NCBI GenBank assembly: GCA_049964835.1
Contig: JBMFWW010000001.1
Coordinates: 1 to 64,000 of the forward strand
Length of the DNA: 64,000 nt
Origin: Candidatus Micrarchaeia archaeon
GTDB lineage: Archaea; Micrarchaeota; Micrarchaeia; Micrarchaeales; CABMGC01
Reading direction: 5' to 3'
The position numbers and the translations under genes were made by a program. The first letter of the stretch is position 1. Every line of letters begins with the position of its first letter. The notes beneath the pieces were generated by a model. It saw nothing but the letters and a program-made list of their open reading frames with translations, ran no database searches and had not been told where the DNA came from. Of the stretch, positions 1 through 9,772 are shown piece by piece.

Positions 1-435
1 TGCAAAAAATATAAAACCTGCGGCCACAGAGAGTGGTCATCAGCATAACTGGCAACATTTTGTTTTTGTTACAAAATATAGATACAAAATGTTCAAAAAC
101 GAAAAAACAGTTGCAATAATTAAAAAAGCAATAATAGACGCGGCTTCAAGAAATAATATCACTATAAAAGAATTTTCTTTTGGCAATGATTATTCACATA
201 TACACCTTGAATTAAATGTTCCTCCAACGTTATCAATTTCACAAGTTGCACAGTTTTGAAGGGTTTTTCTTCATACACTATTTTTAAAGAAATGCCAGAT
301 CATCGTTTACGTTACCCTAACGGTGCTTTTTGGAGTGCAGGTTATAGTAGCAGTAGTGTCGGGTCTCAAATCGAAGAAATAGTAAGAAATTATATTAGAC
401 AACAAAACATTTCGGGGCAAATGAAATTGACATAA
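1..435 (+). pseudogene. tnpA: IS200/IS605-family Y1 transposase TnpA, frameshifted, 5' end outside the window
   Basis: Manual translation gives HFVFVTKYR...DYSHIHL (HUH motif)...SQVAQF, then a 1-nt frameshift at ~254-258 (cagttttgaag), then KGFSS...FWSAGY...VRNYIRQQ (catalytic Tyr). Stop TAA at 433-435. Confidence 0.9.
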
Positions 436-450
436 CTCCCTTATTCAAAA

Positions 451-485
451 ATGATGTCTAGAGCTTTAGCTCTAGGAGACGGTCA
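451..485 (+). mobile_element. IS200/IS605 right end (subterminal hairpin)
   Basis: Hairpin CTAGAGC-TTTA-GCTCTAG (458-475) followed by GAGACGGTCA, directly after tnpA. No tnpB in between. Confidence 0.75.
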
Positions 486-540
486 TTTTAATTTCTGTTT
501 TATTATTTTTCATAATTAACTCCTAAATAATACATAAAAT

Positions 541-1257
541 CTATTCATAAAATCCTATTTCCATCTCTCCAGCGTAGTTAAAATTAGGAGCTTTTATAAC
601 AATGTTTGCTACGTAGCTGTCTTTTTTATCTAATATGAATGGAACTCCAGGTTTTATTGATATTATCTCAAACGGTTCATTTATTTTAACTACGCTAACT
701 TTTGTATTATAGCTCAATACCTTATAAAGCTGTATATCTTTCTTAAAAGGTTGGCCTTTCTTAATGTTCATACTGAACATAGACTCTTCAAGTTCAACCT
801 TTTTATTATTAGTTGTTAAGATAATTTTTGATATATTTAGGTCTATATTATCTTTGCTGTTTGTTTCAAGTTTTATTAACATCGGTCCACTATAATTCCC
901 TTCAGGAGCCTTTATTTTAAGGTCAAATTTCATTTTTGTTAAATACGGCACTTCTGTAGGTAGCTTTGGATTTATATCTAAAAGAGTAAACGGTTTTTCT
1001 ACAGTTATCTTTTCTACATTTATTGTTGGACCTTTTAAATTATCTGGAAGTAATCCATTGCCTATTGTATTTTGAAATGGGAGTTGAAATGTAAAAGTCT
1101 CATCGACATCCATTCCTGGAAGACTGTGTACATCTCCTCCAAATCGAATATTTACTGCTGTTATAGTTCCCGCCTTTTTACTTTCTTCTTTTGGATCTTC
1201 TAATTTTTTATCCTTTAGTACATTTTTTTTATTTTTAAAAATATCAAATATTGACAA
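541..1257 (-). CDS. Hypothetical protein with two tandem beta-rich repeats
   Basis: 238 aa, TTG start. Internal duplication PFTLLDINPKLP...IKAPEGNYSG / PFEIISIKPGVP...IKAPNFNYAG. Confidence 0.75.
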   Translation of the reverse strand: MSIFDIFKNKKNVLKDKKLEDPKEESKKAGTITAVNIRFGGDVHSLPGMDVDETFTFQLPFQNTIGNGLLPDNLKGPTINVEKITVEKPFTLLDINPKLPTEVPYLTKMKFDLKIKAPEGNYSGPMLIKLETNSKDNIDLNISKIILTTNNKKVELEESMFSMNIKKGQPFKKDIQLYKVLSYNTKVSVVKINEPFEIISIKPGVPFILDKKDSYVANIVIKAPNFNYAGEMEIGFYE

Positions 1258-1342
1258 ATTATCACTATCTATTTTACTTGTATATATTATCTTAGATAAC
1301 TTATTTATAGCTGTATTTGTTTATATCATATTAGGTGAATTT

Positions 1343-1795
1343 ATGGTTGTTGAAGGAGAAAAAGCTCCAGATTTTGAGCTTGTAGGTTCTGATGGTAAAA
1401 AGCACACATTAAAAGAGTTTAAAGGGAAAACACTGGTTCTTTATTTTTATCCTAAAGACAATACCCCTGGTTGTACTACAGAAGCTAAAAATTTCAATAA
1501 GAGTATAGAAAAAATTAGAGAGCTTGGAGCCGAGGTTGTTGGTGTTAGTAAGGATGATACTAAATCACATGAAAAGTTCTGCAATAAGTACTCGCTAAAT
1601 TTTCTTTTACTCTCAGATCCTGATAGTTCCATGATAAAATCTTATGGTGCATATGGCGACAGAGGTATATTTGGCATGGGGACAATGCGAAAAACCTACA
1701 TAATAGACAAGAATGGTAAGGTTTCTAAGATTTTTGAAAAGGTTAAACCTGATAAACATAATGAAGAAGTCATAGAAATTTTAACTCATAAATAA
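1343..1795 (+). CDS. bcp: Peroxiredoxin Bcp/PrxQ
   Basis: YFYPKDNTPGCTTEA motif; AGGTGA SD upstream. Confidence 0.95.
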   Translation: MVVEGEKAPDFELVGSDGKKHTLKEFKGKTLVLYFYPKDNTPGCTTEAKNFNKSIEKIRELGAEVVGVSKDDTKSHEKFCNKYSLNFLLLSDPDSSMIKSYGAYGDRGIFGMGTMRKTYIIDKNGKVSKIFEKVKPDKHNEEVIEILTHK

Positions 1796-1856
1796 TTTTT
1801 GATTTTTTTTATATTTTTAACAAAAGATATAAAAGCATTAATACAATAATCTAATC

Positions 1857-4400
1857 ATGGAAAATAATCATTATTCTCTTAGTAAAAATACTACTCCTTA
1901 TAACTATCAATTATTTATAGAGCCTAATTTTTCAGATTTCAAATACAAAGGTGAAGAAAAAATATATCTAAAAGTAAAAAATCCAACAAAAAGTATAACA
2001 CTAAATTCTTCAGAAATAGAGATATCTACTGCATCTATCACATCAAAAAGCGAACATCAAGAATGCAAATTTGATTTTGATAAAAAAAATGAAAGGGTTA
2101 CATTTTATTTCAAAAAGGCAGTATCTGGTGATGCTTTACTAGAAATAAAATTTATAGGTATTCATAATGACAAAATGGTTGGTTTTTACAGAAGTAGATA
2201 TACTCAAAATGGAAAGGAAAAGTACTTCATGACTACACAATTTGAGGCTGCAGATGCGAGAAGAGCGTTTCCTTGTTTTGATGAACCATCTTTCAAAGCT
2301 ACATTTGAACTCTCACTTCTTATAAATAAAGATTTAGTGGCAGTTTCAAATATGCCTGTTCTTTCAGAAGAAAGCATCGATAGCAAAAAATTAGTAAAAT
2401 TCAAAAAAACACTAAAAATGTCATCATACTTATTATATATGGGAGTCGGAGAATTAGAGATTACAAATGAAAAGTTGGGGAAACTCATAATAAGAGCAAT
2501 AACAACTCCCGGAAAGAAGGCATTAACAAAGGTTCCAATTTCATATGCAAAGAAGTTCATATCATTTTATGAAAAGTACTTTGGAATAAAATATCCTCTT
2601 CCAAAACTTGATTTAATTGCTGTTCCTGACTTTGCTGCAGGAGCAATGGAAAACTGGGGAGCAATAACATTTAGAGAAACAGCACTTCTATGTGATGAAA
2701 AAACACCTATAGAAAATAAACAAAGAGTTGCAGAAGTTATAGCTCATGAGCTTACACATCAATGGTTTGGTGATCTTGTCACGATGGCTTGGTGGGATGA
2801 CTTATGGCTTAATGAAAGTTTTGCTACATTTATGAGCTACAAAGCTATGGATTCGGTATTTCCAGAATGGGAGGTAAAGCTAAAGTACATAGACGAGGTT
2901 ATCGCAGAAGCTTTAGCGGCTGATCAGTTATTATCCACACATCCAATAAACGTTCCAGTTAAATCTCCTACTGATATAGATGAGATATTTGATGAAATAA
3001 GCTACGAAAAAGGTGGCAGTGTATTAAATATGTTAGAAGATTATGTAGGTAAAGACATATTCAGAAAAGGATTAAACAATTACTTAAAAAAACACTCTTA
3101 TTCAAATGCTACAAAGCATGATCTTTGGAGCGCTACAGATGAAGTTGCAAAAGCGGGCAAAAACAAGGTATTTGTAACAAAAGTAGCAAAAGCATGGATA
3201 GAAAAGACAGGTTATCCGTATATTAAAATTAATAAAAATTCAAGCACAATAAAGCTCTCACAAAAAAGATTTATATTACTAAATAAATCTGTAAAAAAAG
3301 AGATATGGCCGATACCTATTAGATACTTAGAATCTCACAAAGATAAAACTAGACACATATTACTTTTTGATAAAGAATCTACTGCAATTAATTATAAAAA
3401 TTCAAGCATGATAAAACTAAATAATGGCCAAAATGGATTCTACAGAACATTATACCCTAAGAATATGCTTCAAGAGATAGGAGACATGATTAAGGAGCAG
3501 GAGCTTTCGCCACAGGATTGCTGGGGCATAGAAAATGATTTATACTATTTTGTTAAAAAGGGATTATACCGATTAGATGATTATTTAGATTTTGTAAGTA
3601 AGTATGGTTTTGCAAGCAAATATCCAATGAATTTGAGTATACTTGGGCATCTTAATGGCCTTTACTCATTATTTTACAACAAAAAATCTCAAAGAAAGGA
3701 ACAGATACGAGAGTTGTTAAAAGAGTACAGCAACGAGATACTAAAGCAGGTCGGTTGGGTATACTCTAAAAATGAAAGCCCTATAATAACAAGAATACGA
3801 TCAGCAGCAATAGCATCATCTGGTATTGCAGGGGACATAAGCACAATAAATAAAGCCAAAAAACTATTTGAAAATTATATAAAATCAAAAAAAGAGTTGG
3901 ATCCAAATATAAAATCAGCAATATTTAGAATAGTCAGTAGGTATGGAAATAAAGAAACATTTAATATCATAAAGAAAAAGTATATCGAAGAGCAAATACC
4001 CATAGAGAAAGCAAGATTTATGCAAACGCTTGGTCTTTTTAATAACAAAGATATAATAACCGAAGCGCTTGAATTTTCACTTTCAAAGGAGGTTAGATTA
4101 CAGGACACAGCAATACTTGTATCTATATGCTCTTCAAATCCAGAATTTTATTATCTAACACTTAAATGGATTATGAAAAACTGGAAGCAGTTAATGAATA
4201 AGTTTAGTGAAGGAACACATATGCTTTCTAGATTTGTGGATGATTTTGCAATTATAAAAGAAAAGAAAGAAGCAAAAGAGTTTTCAAATTTCTTCTCAAA
4301 AAGTTCAAACATGCGTGGCGATCTTAAAAAATCTTTAAAACAAGCAAAAGAAATAATAGAAATAAACATATCCTTCTTAGAAAGAGAATCAAGGAGTTAG
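1857..4400 (+). CDS. M1 family aminopeptidase (PepN / tricorn-interacting factor F2/F3-like)
   Basis: GAMENWG and HELTH-x18-E zinc motifs; ERAP1-like C-terminal region. Confidence 0.95.
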   Translation: MENNHYSLSKNTTPYNYQLFIEPNFSDFKYKGEEKIYLKVKNPTKSITLNSSEIEISTASITSKSEHQECKFDFDKKNERVTFYFKKAVSGDALLEIKFIGIHNDKMVGFYRSRYTQNGKEKYFMTTQFEAADARRAFPCFDEPSFKATFELSLLINKDLVAVSNMPVLSEESIDSKKLVKFKKTLKMSSYLLYMGVGELEITNEKLGKLIIRAITTPGKKALTKVPISYAKKFISFYEKYFGIKYPLPKLDLIAVPDFAAGAMENWGAITFRETALLCDEKTPIENKQRVAEVIAHELTHQWFGDLVTMAWWDDLWLNESFATFMSYKAMDSVFPEWEVKLKYIDEVIAEALAADQLLSTHPINVPVKSPTDIDEIFDEISYEKGGSVLNMLEDYVGKDIFRKGLNNYLKKHSYSNATKHDLWSATDEVAKAGKNKVFVTKVAKAWIEKTGYPYIKINKNSSTIKLSQKRFILLNKSVKKEIWPIPIRYLESHKDKTRHILLFDKESTAINYKNSSMIKLNNGQNGFYRTLYPKNMLQEIGDMIKEQELSPQDCWGIENDLYYFVKKGLYRLDDYLDFVSKYGFASKYPMNLSILGHLNGLYSLFYNKKSQRKEQIRELLKEYSNEILKQVGWVYSKNESPIITRIRSAAIASSGIAGDISTINKAKKLFENYIKSKKELDPNIKSAIFRIVSRYGNKETFNIIKKKYIEEQIPIEKARFMQTLGLFNNKDIITEALEFSLSKEVRLQDTAILVSICSSNPEFYYLTLKWIMKNWKQLMNKFSEGTHMLSRFVDDFAIIKEKKEAKEFSNFFSKSSNMRGDLKKSLKQAKEIIEINISFLERESRS

Positions 4401-4402
4401 AA

Positions 4403-6247
4403 ATGGACTTTCTATTTAGGTTTGATGAGCCTAGACAACACCAAAAGCAGATGATAGAAGATATATACACCTCGCTTCAAGAGCAAAAAAGCATCATAAT
4501 AAATGCACCTACAGGAATAGGTAAAACAGATGCATCAATTGCAGCAACACTGACCTTTGCCATAAATAACAATCTTAACATCTTTTTTCTTACGCCAAAG
4601 ACATCACAGCATAAAATTGTAATAGAGGCGCTTAGTGAAATAAATAGAAAATTCAACCTTAATCTAAAGTACATAGATTTTGTAGGTAAAAGAAACCTAT
4701 GCGTAAATGAAAAGATAAATTACATGGAAGGCGAATCATTTTATAAAAGCTGTGAACAGTTAATCAGCAAGAAGGCATGCCCATACTATACTAATTCTAA
4801 AGACTCATTAACAATAGCAACACTAGAAGAATATACAAAAGATGGCCATAATAGCTTTTTCCACAAATGCTTCGAAAAGGGTGTATGTGGTTACGAAGCT
4901 ACGGCTGAGCTAGCTAAAAAAGCAAGATTCATAATAGCCGATTATGCACATTTCCTTAATCCCTATACTAAAAAAGCATTTTTAAAAAAGATAGGCCATT
5001 CTTTAGACAATTCAATAATAATATGGGATGAAGCACACAATATAATAAACACAGCTAGTTCTTATATGAACAGTTCAATGAGCACATATACATTAAAAAT
5101 GGCCGAACGTGAACTTACCTCTATAAAAAGTAATGTTGATATAAGCTATATGCGTTTTATGATTGAGAAAATAGCACAGAAGACATTAAAAGAAAAGAAT
5201 TTAACCGAGGCATTTTTTCTAGGGGAGGATGCAAGAGCATCTCTCACATCTAATATAGAGTCAGTTTCTCAAGATTTGGAAAGAGCAGGTTTAGAGTATC
5301 TTACAAATTCAGGCGCAAAGCGCTCGTATTTAATTCAAATTTCTCGTTTTCTTGAAGCATTGAGCACAGAAAATGATTCTACTGCAAAAATAATCACCAA
5401 AAAAGGCGATGACATAAAGATGTCAATAATAACTTTGTATCCTGGCGCTGCTCTAGAGCCACTTCATGAAGCATACGCAAACATATTCATGAGCGGAACC
5501 ATACTTCCTTTAGAAATGCATAAAGAACTCTTCGGAATCAAAGATGCAAAGACAGCCAATTATCAATCTCCGTTTCCATCTTCAAATAAGCTGTGCATTA
5601 TAGATACGGATATATCTACAAAATATGAAAATAGATCTATTGATCAATACAAACGAATAGCTGCAAAAATAACTAATATAAAGAATAGAGCAGATGGAAA
5701 TGTAGTTGCGTTCTTTCCAAGCTTTGATTTTTTGAAAAGTGTTTATAGATATATGGAAATTCCTGTAGATTTTATTCAAAGAAGCGATATGAAAACTCAA
5801 GCAGTTGAAACGTTAATCTCATCTTTTAAAAAAAGCTCAAACTCTCTAATGTTCGGTGTAATAGGCGGAAGTCTAAGTGAAGGCATAGATTATGCAAATA
5901 ATGTTATAAAAGGCATAATTATAGTTGGCATTTCATTAGAAAAGCCAAATCTTGAACTCACTTCTAAAATAGAGTATATAAATAAGGTATTTAACGGAAA
6001 AGGCAACGAGTATGTGTACTTCGTACCAGCCATAATGCGTTCGGTTCAGGCTGCAGGAAGAGCTATAAGAAGTGAAAATGATCGTGCATTTGTAATCTTT
6101 ATGGATAAACGATATGATTGGGGGATATACAAATTAATAATTAAAAATTTTATAAAAATAACAACCTCCGAAAATTATCTTAAATCAATAGATGATTTCA
6201 ATAAAGAAAAAACAAAACCAATAACTCCTTCAAATAGTAATCTCTAA
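4403..6247 (+). CDS. xpd: XPD/Rad3-family Fe-S DNA helicase
   Basis: APTGIGKT, DEAH, four Fe-S Cys (NLC, SC, ACPYY, VCGY), SEGID, QAAGRAIR. Confidence 0.9.
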   Translation: MDFLFRFDEPRQHQKQMIEDIYTSLQEQKSIIINAPTGIGKTDASIAATLTFAINNNLNIFFLTPKTSQHKIVIEALSEINRKFNLNLKYIDFVGKRNLCVNEKINYMEGESFYKSCEQLISKKACPYYTNSKDSLTIATLEEYTKDGHNSFFHKCFEKGVCGYEATAELAKKARFIIADYAHFLNPYTKKAFLKKIGHSLDNSIIIWDEAHNIINTASSYMNSSMSTYTLKMAERELTSIKSNVDISYMRFMIEKIAQKTLKEKNLTEAFFLGEDARASLTSNIESVSQDLERAGLEYLTNSGAKRSYLIQISRFLEALSTENDSTAKIITKKGDDIKMSIITLYPGAALEPLHEAYANIFMSGTILPLEMHKELFGIKDAKTANYQSPFPSSNKLCIIDTDISTKYENRSIDQYKRIAAKITNIKNRADGNVVAFFPSFDFLKSVYRYMEIPVDFIQRSDMKTQAVETLISSFKKSSNSLMFGVIGGSLSEGIDYANNVIKGIIIVGISLEKPNLELTSKIEYINKVFNGKGNEYVYFVPAIMRSVQAAGRAIRSENDRAFVIFMDKRYDWGIYKLIIKNFIKITTSENYLKSIDDFNKEKTKPITPSNSNL

Positions 6248-6544
6248 TTCTCCAGAGCTATTTTCTTCAACGTTATAACTTTTTGTATCCGTAACCCATG
6301 TTGTGTTTTCATTAGCTTTTCCTGTACTTATATCAAATGCACCACTATGCCATGGGCACACAATTTCATTACCATCAATATATCCCTCACTAAGTGGCCC
6401 TTGTTCATGAGTACATTTTTCTTCTAAAGCATTTACCTTACCTTCATGTAAAATTATAACAAAACTTTTCCCTAAAATCCCGACTTTTATAGGCTCATTT
6501 TCTCTCAATTCAGATTTTCTAATTCCTAATTTTTCCTTAGTTAT
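6230..6544 (-). CDS. Rieske-type [2Fe-2S] ferredoxin (probable ATA start at 6544; ORF-track TTG at 6508)
   Basis: CTHEQGPL and CPWHSGAFD motifs. The frame extends upstream to an ATA 5 nt after a GGGTG SD. Confidence 0.9.
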   Translation of the reverse strand: MTKEKLGIRKSELRENEPIKVGILGKSFVIILHEGKVNALEEKCTHEQGPLSEGYIDGNEIVCPWHSGAFDISTGKANENTTWVTDTKSYNVEENSSGELEITI

Positions 6545-6621
6545 AAAAACACCCTGATTATATTAGGTATATTTACATATTTATCTTTACTCATACTTTA
6601 TTTTTCTAGAGGTAAATAACT

Positions 6622-7704
6622 TTACAATTTATAAATTGTTCCTCTCCAAAGAATGTTTTTCATTCTGCTTGCTATCAATAAATTTATTTCGTATAAAAAT
6701 GGAGCTATAAACACTATAACAAGCACCTTAGGATCTTTTGATCTAGACCTTTTATATGTTATAAAAGTACTTTTTAGTGTATGTATAAAGTATATTAGAA
6801 AAATAGGACTTATAAAAACAGTCAGAAAAATTCCTAATAAAATCAAAACTATCTCGGAAGTATAATACACAAGGCCTTCATAAAGATTTTTTCTATAGCC
6901 TAATAAGGTTAAAGCAGTTTGCCTATTAGCCCACTCAAAGAAGGTATCGAATGTTTCATCACAATTTACTATCGGTTTTGGTTTTCTTACATATGCTATT
7001 TTCAGACCTTTACTTTTTGCTATTTTTGTTAATGAAATATCATCCGATACGGAGTATTTTGAGTTTGTAAAAAAGGTCAATGATTTTTTATCTAAAATAT
7101 CTCTTCTAAAAGCAAGTGAGCCACCCCATCCGAAACGACGTTTCTCATTTTCAAGAAGACTGTCTCCAACAAAGCCCCATACCATTTTAACCTCAGACCA
7201 GAATTTATTCTTTAAAGGTTTAAAAAAGGGATACATAGTTGATAACCCAATTTTTTTGTCTGATAGCGGCGCAACTAACTGTGACAACCATTCTTTACCA
7301 AACAAAACATCAGAATCAGCTATAACATATGTATCGTACTTTTGAAATCTTTTGATTGCCGTAGCTATAGCCCTTACCTTACCACTTCCATGCTCTTTAT
7401 TGTTTGTAATTATATACTTTATTTTTGCATTCTTTATACTTTCTAATGCCAAATCAGTTTCTGTGTCTACTACTGCTATAACTTCATAATTAGTATATGT
7501 TTGTTTTTTAACCGATAAAAGATTTTCATACAATTTTATGTCTCTTCCTTTGCAAGGAACAATTACAAGAACTCTACCTTTATAATTAGAGTAATCTCGT
7601 TTTTCGCTATCAACTCTTAAAAATGATGAGATGTCAAGTATTAAAATAAAAAGGAAAACAACTACTGAGAATGCAATTACAAAATAAATAAAGATATTGT
7701 ACAT
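6622..7704 (-). CDS. Membrane GT2/GT21-like glycosyltransferase (HpnI / ceramide glucosyltransferase-like)
   Basis: N-terminal TM, VIVPCKG, ADSD, SDD, WANRQ, C-terminal TMs and a WRG..Y end. Confidence 0.8.
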   Translation of the reverse strand: MYNIFIYFVIAFSVVVFLFILILDISSFLRVDSEKRDYSNYKGRVLVIVPCKGRDIKLYENLLSVKKQTYTNYEVIAVVDTETDLALESIKNAKIKYIITNNKEHGSGKVRAIATAIKRFQKYDTYVIADSDVLFGKEWLSQLVAPLSDKKIGLSTMYPFFKPLKNKFWSEVKMVWGFVGDSLLENEKRRFGWGGSLAFRRDILDKKSLTFFTNSKYSVSDDISLTKIAKSKGLKIAYVRKPKPIVNCDETFDTFFEWANRQTALTLLGYRKNLYEGLVYYTSEIVLILLGIFLTVFISPIFLIYFIHTLKSTFITYKRSRSKDPKVLVIVFIAPFLYEINLLIASRMKNILWRGTIYKL

Positions 7705-7833
7705 TAAATTTCCACACTTATATTGGAAATGTTTTATTTATATAGATTTCCTATTTCCATATAAAGTTGAAAAAAGTTGAAAAGTTGTTCTGTAATAGAT
7801 AAATCTTTATTTATTATCTTCTTTATAAAATAC

Positions 7834-8874
7834 ATGTCTTACCATACTTTCCAAACAATTATAATACCTGCAATTGTTGTTTTCGCAGTTACCTACTTCG
7901 TAACAAAGTTTTTGATGGGTTATCTATTCGGAGCTGGAATAATAGCAGAAGATAGAAATAAGAAGGTTCCTGTCAAATTGCCAAGCAGCGGCGGTTTAGG
8001 CGTATCTTTCGGTATAATATTTGGAATACTCACATATATTTTTGGTGCTTCCTTTATCTTTCAAGCTGTAATTTCAATAGATAAGCTTTTTGCAGTAGCA
8101 CTATCTATAATGTTAATAGCATTGGTAGGATTTATTGATGACATAAATGTAAAGAGAGAAAGAGAAAAATCAACAGATATGATGGATATACGTGTTGGTC
8201 TTAAGCAATGGCAAAAGCCACTACTTACATTAATTGGGGCACTTCCATTAATGGCAATAAATGTGCATGCAGGCGCAGTAAATATGCCATTTATAGGAAG
8301 CATAAGTTTTGGAATAATATATCCATTAATTATACTGCCTTTAGCTGTAATATTTATTTCAAATGCAGTAAATATCCTTGGTGGATTTGATGGATTACAG
8401 CCAGGCATGATACTAATAGCAAGCTTTGGACTTCTTTTATACTCTTTCTTTTATGGCAATTATATAGGTACATTTCTATCAGTACTATTATTTTCATCAG
8501 TTCTAGCATTTCTCCCATTCAATATCTTTCCAGCTAAGATAATTCCTGGAGATAGCTTTACTTATGCAGTAGGAGCGGCATTTGCATCAATAGCGATAAT
8601 GGGCAATGCAGAAGCATTTGCATTAATAATATTTATACCTTGGATAATTGAGTTCTTCTTACATTTAAGAAGAAAGTTTAAGGTTACTGATTTAGGAATA
8701 TTACAAAAAGACGGAACAATGAAAGCTCCATATGGTAAGAAAATATACAGCTTAACACACTTAATAATGAATATTAAAAAAGCAAAAGAAGTAGATGTAA
8801 GTATTTATTTATGTGCTATGGAGATACTTTTTGTTCTCCTTGCATTTGGTCTTAAGTTCTTAGGTCTTCTATAA
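7834..8874 (+). CDS. MraY/GPT-family UDP-GlcNAc:polyprenyl-phosphate GlcNAc-1-P transferase (AglH-like)
   Basis: GFIDD, NAVNILGGFDGL and IIPGDS motifs; multiple TMs; ATG at 7834 preferred. Confidence 0.88.
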   Translation: MSYHTFQTIIIPAIVVFAVTYFVTKFLMGYLFGAGIIAEDRNKKVPVKLPSSGGLGVSFGIIFGILTYIFGASFIFQAVISIDKLFAVALSIMLIALVGFIDDINVKREREKSTDMMDIRVGLKQWQKPLLTLIGALPLMAINVHAGAVNMPFIGSISFGIIYPLIILPLAVIFISNAVNILGGFDGLQPGMILIASFGLLLYSFFYGNYIGTFLSVLLFSSVLAFLPFNIFPAKIIPGDSFTYAVGAAFASIAIMGNAEAFALIIFIPWIIEFFLHLRRKFKVTDLGILQKDGTMKAPYGKKIYSLTHLIMNIKKAKEVDVSIYLCAMEILFVLLAFGLKFLGLL

Positions 8875-9137
8875 CTTAAAGGATAATTATTTTTAGTATT
8901 GGAAATACCTGAAATACCTACTGCGTCATTGTTCTTAGTTAGTAGTATATCGGATTTTTTAATCAATCTTCTTCTTCCTGCATGTTCTGCATATCTGATT
9001 GCTCTATTTGTTATACTTTCTGCAAGCTTTTCAAGTTCTTTTTCAAGATTTAGTACCGCATCTTCAGTGACTTTCTCAGCGCCAGCCTCCCTTATGAATT
9101 GTTCTATATCATATAAACTGAATTTTCTTTCTGTCAA
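8805..9137 (-). CDS. Archaeal histone (HMf-like fold) with C-terminal extension
   Basis: IREAGAEKVTEDA...AIRYAEHAGRRRLIKKSDI histone fold; TTG start after GGTGA SD. Confidence 0.88.
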   Translation of the reverse strand: MTERKFSLYDIEQFIREAGAEKVTEDAVLNLEKELEKLAESITNRAIRYAEHAGRRRLIKKSDILLTKNNDAVGISGISNTKNNYPLSYRRPKNLRPNARRTKSISIAHK

Positions 9138-9266
9138 TACATCACCAACCGAGATCTGTAGGGTATAAGTTAATAAGCTTTAAAAATGGTTCTATTACTT
9201 ATCAAGTAGTGGAATTCTCATTCAAAGATATTATTGGCAAACTTATTTTTTACGGTAAATTGACGA

Positions 9267-9281
9267 TATAACTTAGTTATA
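9267..9281. promoter_or_regulatory. Palindrome TATAAC-TTA-GTTATA (candidate operator)
   Basis: Same 6-bp arms and 3-nt spacer as the site at 14958-14972. Lies between the divergent histone gene and ORF 9376. Confidence 0.5.
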
Positions 9282-9375
9282 CTTGAGTTCTGTGAAAAAC
9301 AGCACATTCGTTTCTAGTATATACCTATAGATAAGCAATATATATCTTATTAAACACATATTCTCCTGTGATTTA

Positions 9376-9651
9376 ATGTCAAACCCCCATAAATCAAAAC
9401 GAAATGAACCAAAATTTAATTTAGATATAAATGCATTGGTAAGAAGAGGAGTTCCAGAAGAGCAGATAAGAGAGTTTATAATTTTATTGCCTTCTAACAG
9501 AGAAGATGAAAAAGTAGTAGCAGAACATCCAAAAGAGAAAAAAGCAGTTCATAATAGTATATTTGAACATTCATACTCATTAGAACAGTTATTAGAGCTT
9601 GAGAAGGCCGGTATTCTTAGTCTATTAAGGCCAAAAGAAAGGAAGGCATAA
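9376..9651 (+). CDS. Hypothetical protein
   Basis: 91 aa ORF with GTGA SD-like upstream; no recognised motif. Confidence 0.6.
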   Translation: MSNPHKSKRNEPKFNLDINALVRRGVPEEQIREFIILLPSNREDEKVVAEHPKEKKAVHNSIFEHSYSLEQLLELEKAGILSLLRPKERKA

Positions 9652-9772
9652 AAAAGAATATAAAAACAGAGTAATAAAAGTCCACAAAACTCAAAAAACA
9701 GAAAATAAACAGATAAAGAATTAGCAACACAAAATCGACATAATTGCGTCTACTTATTTAATTAATGCTTAA

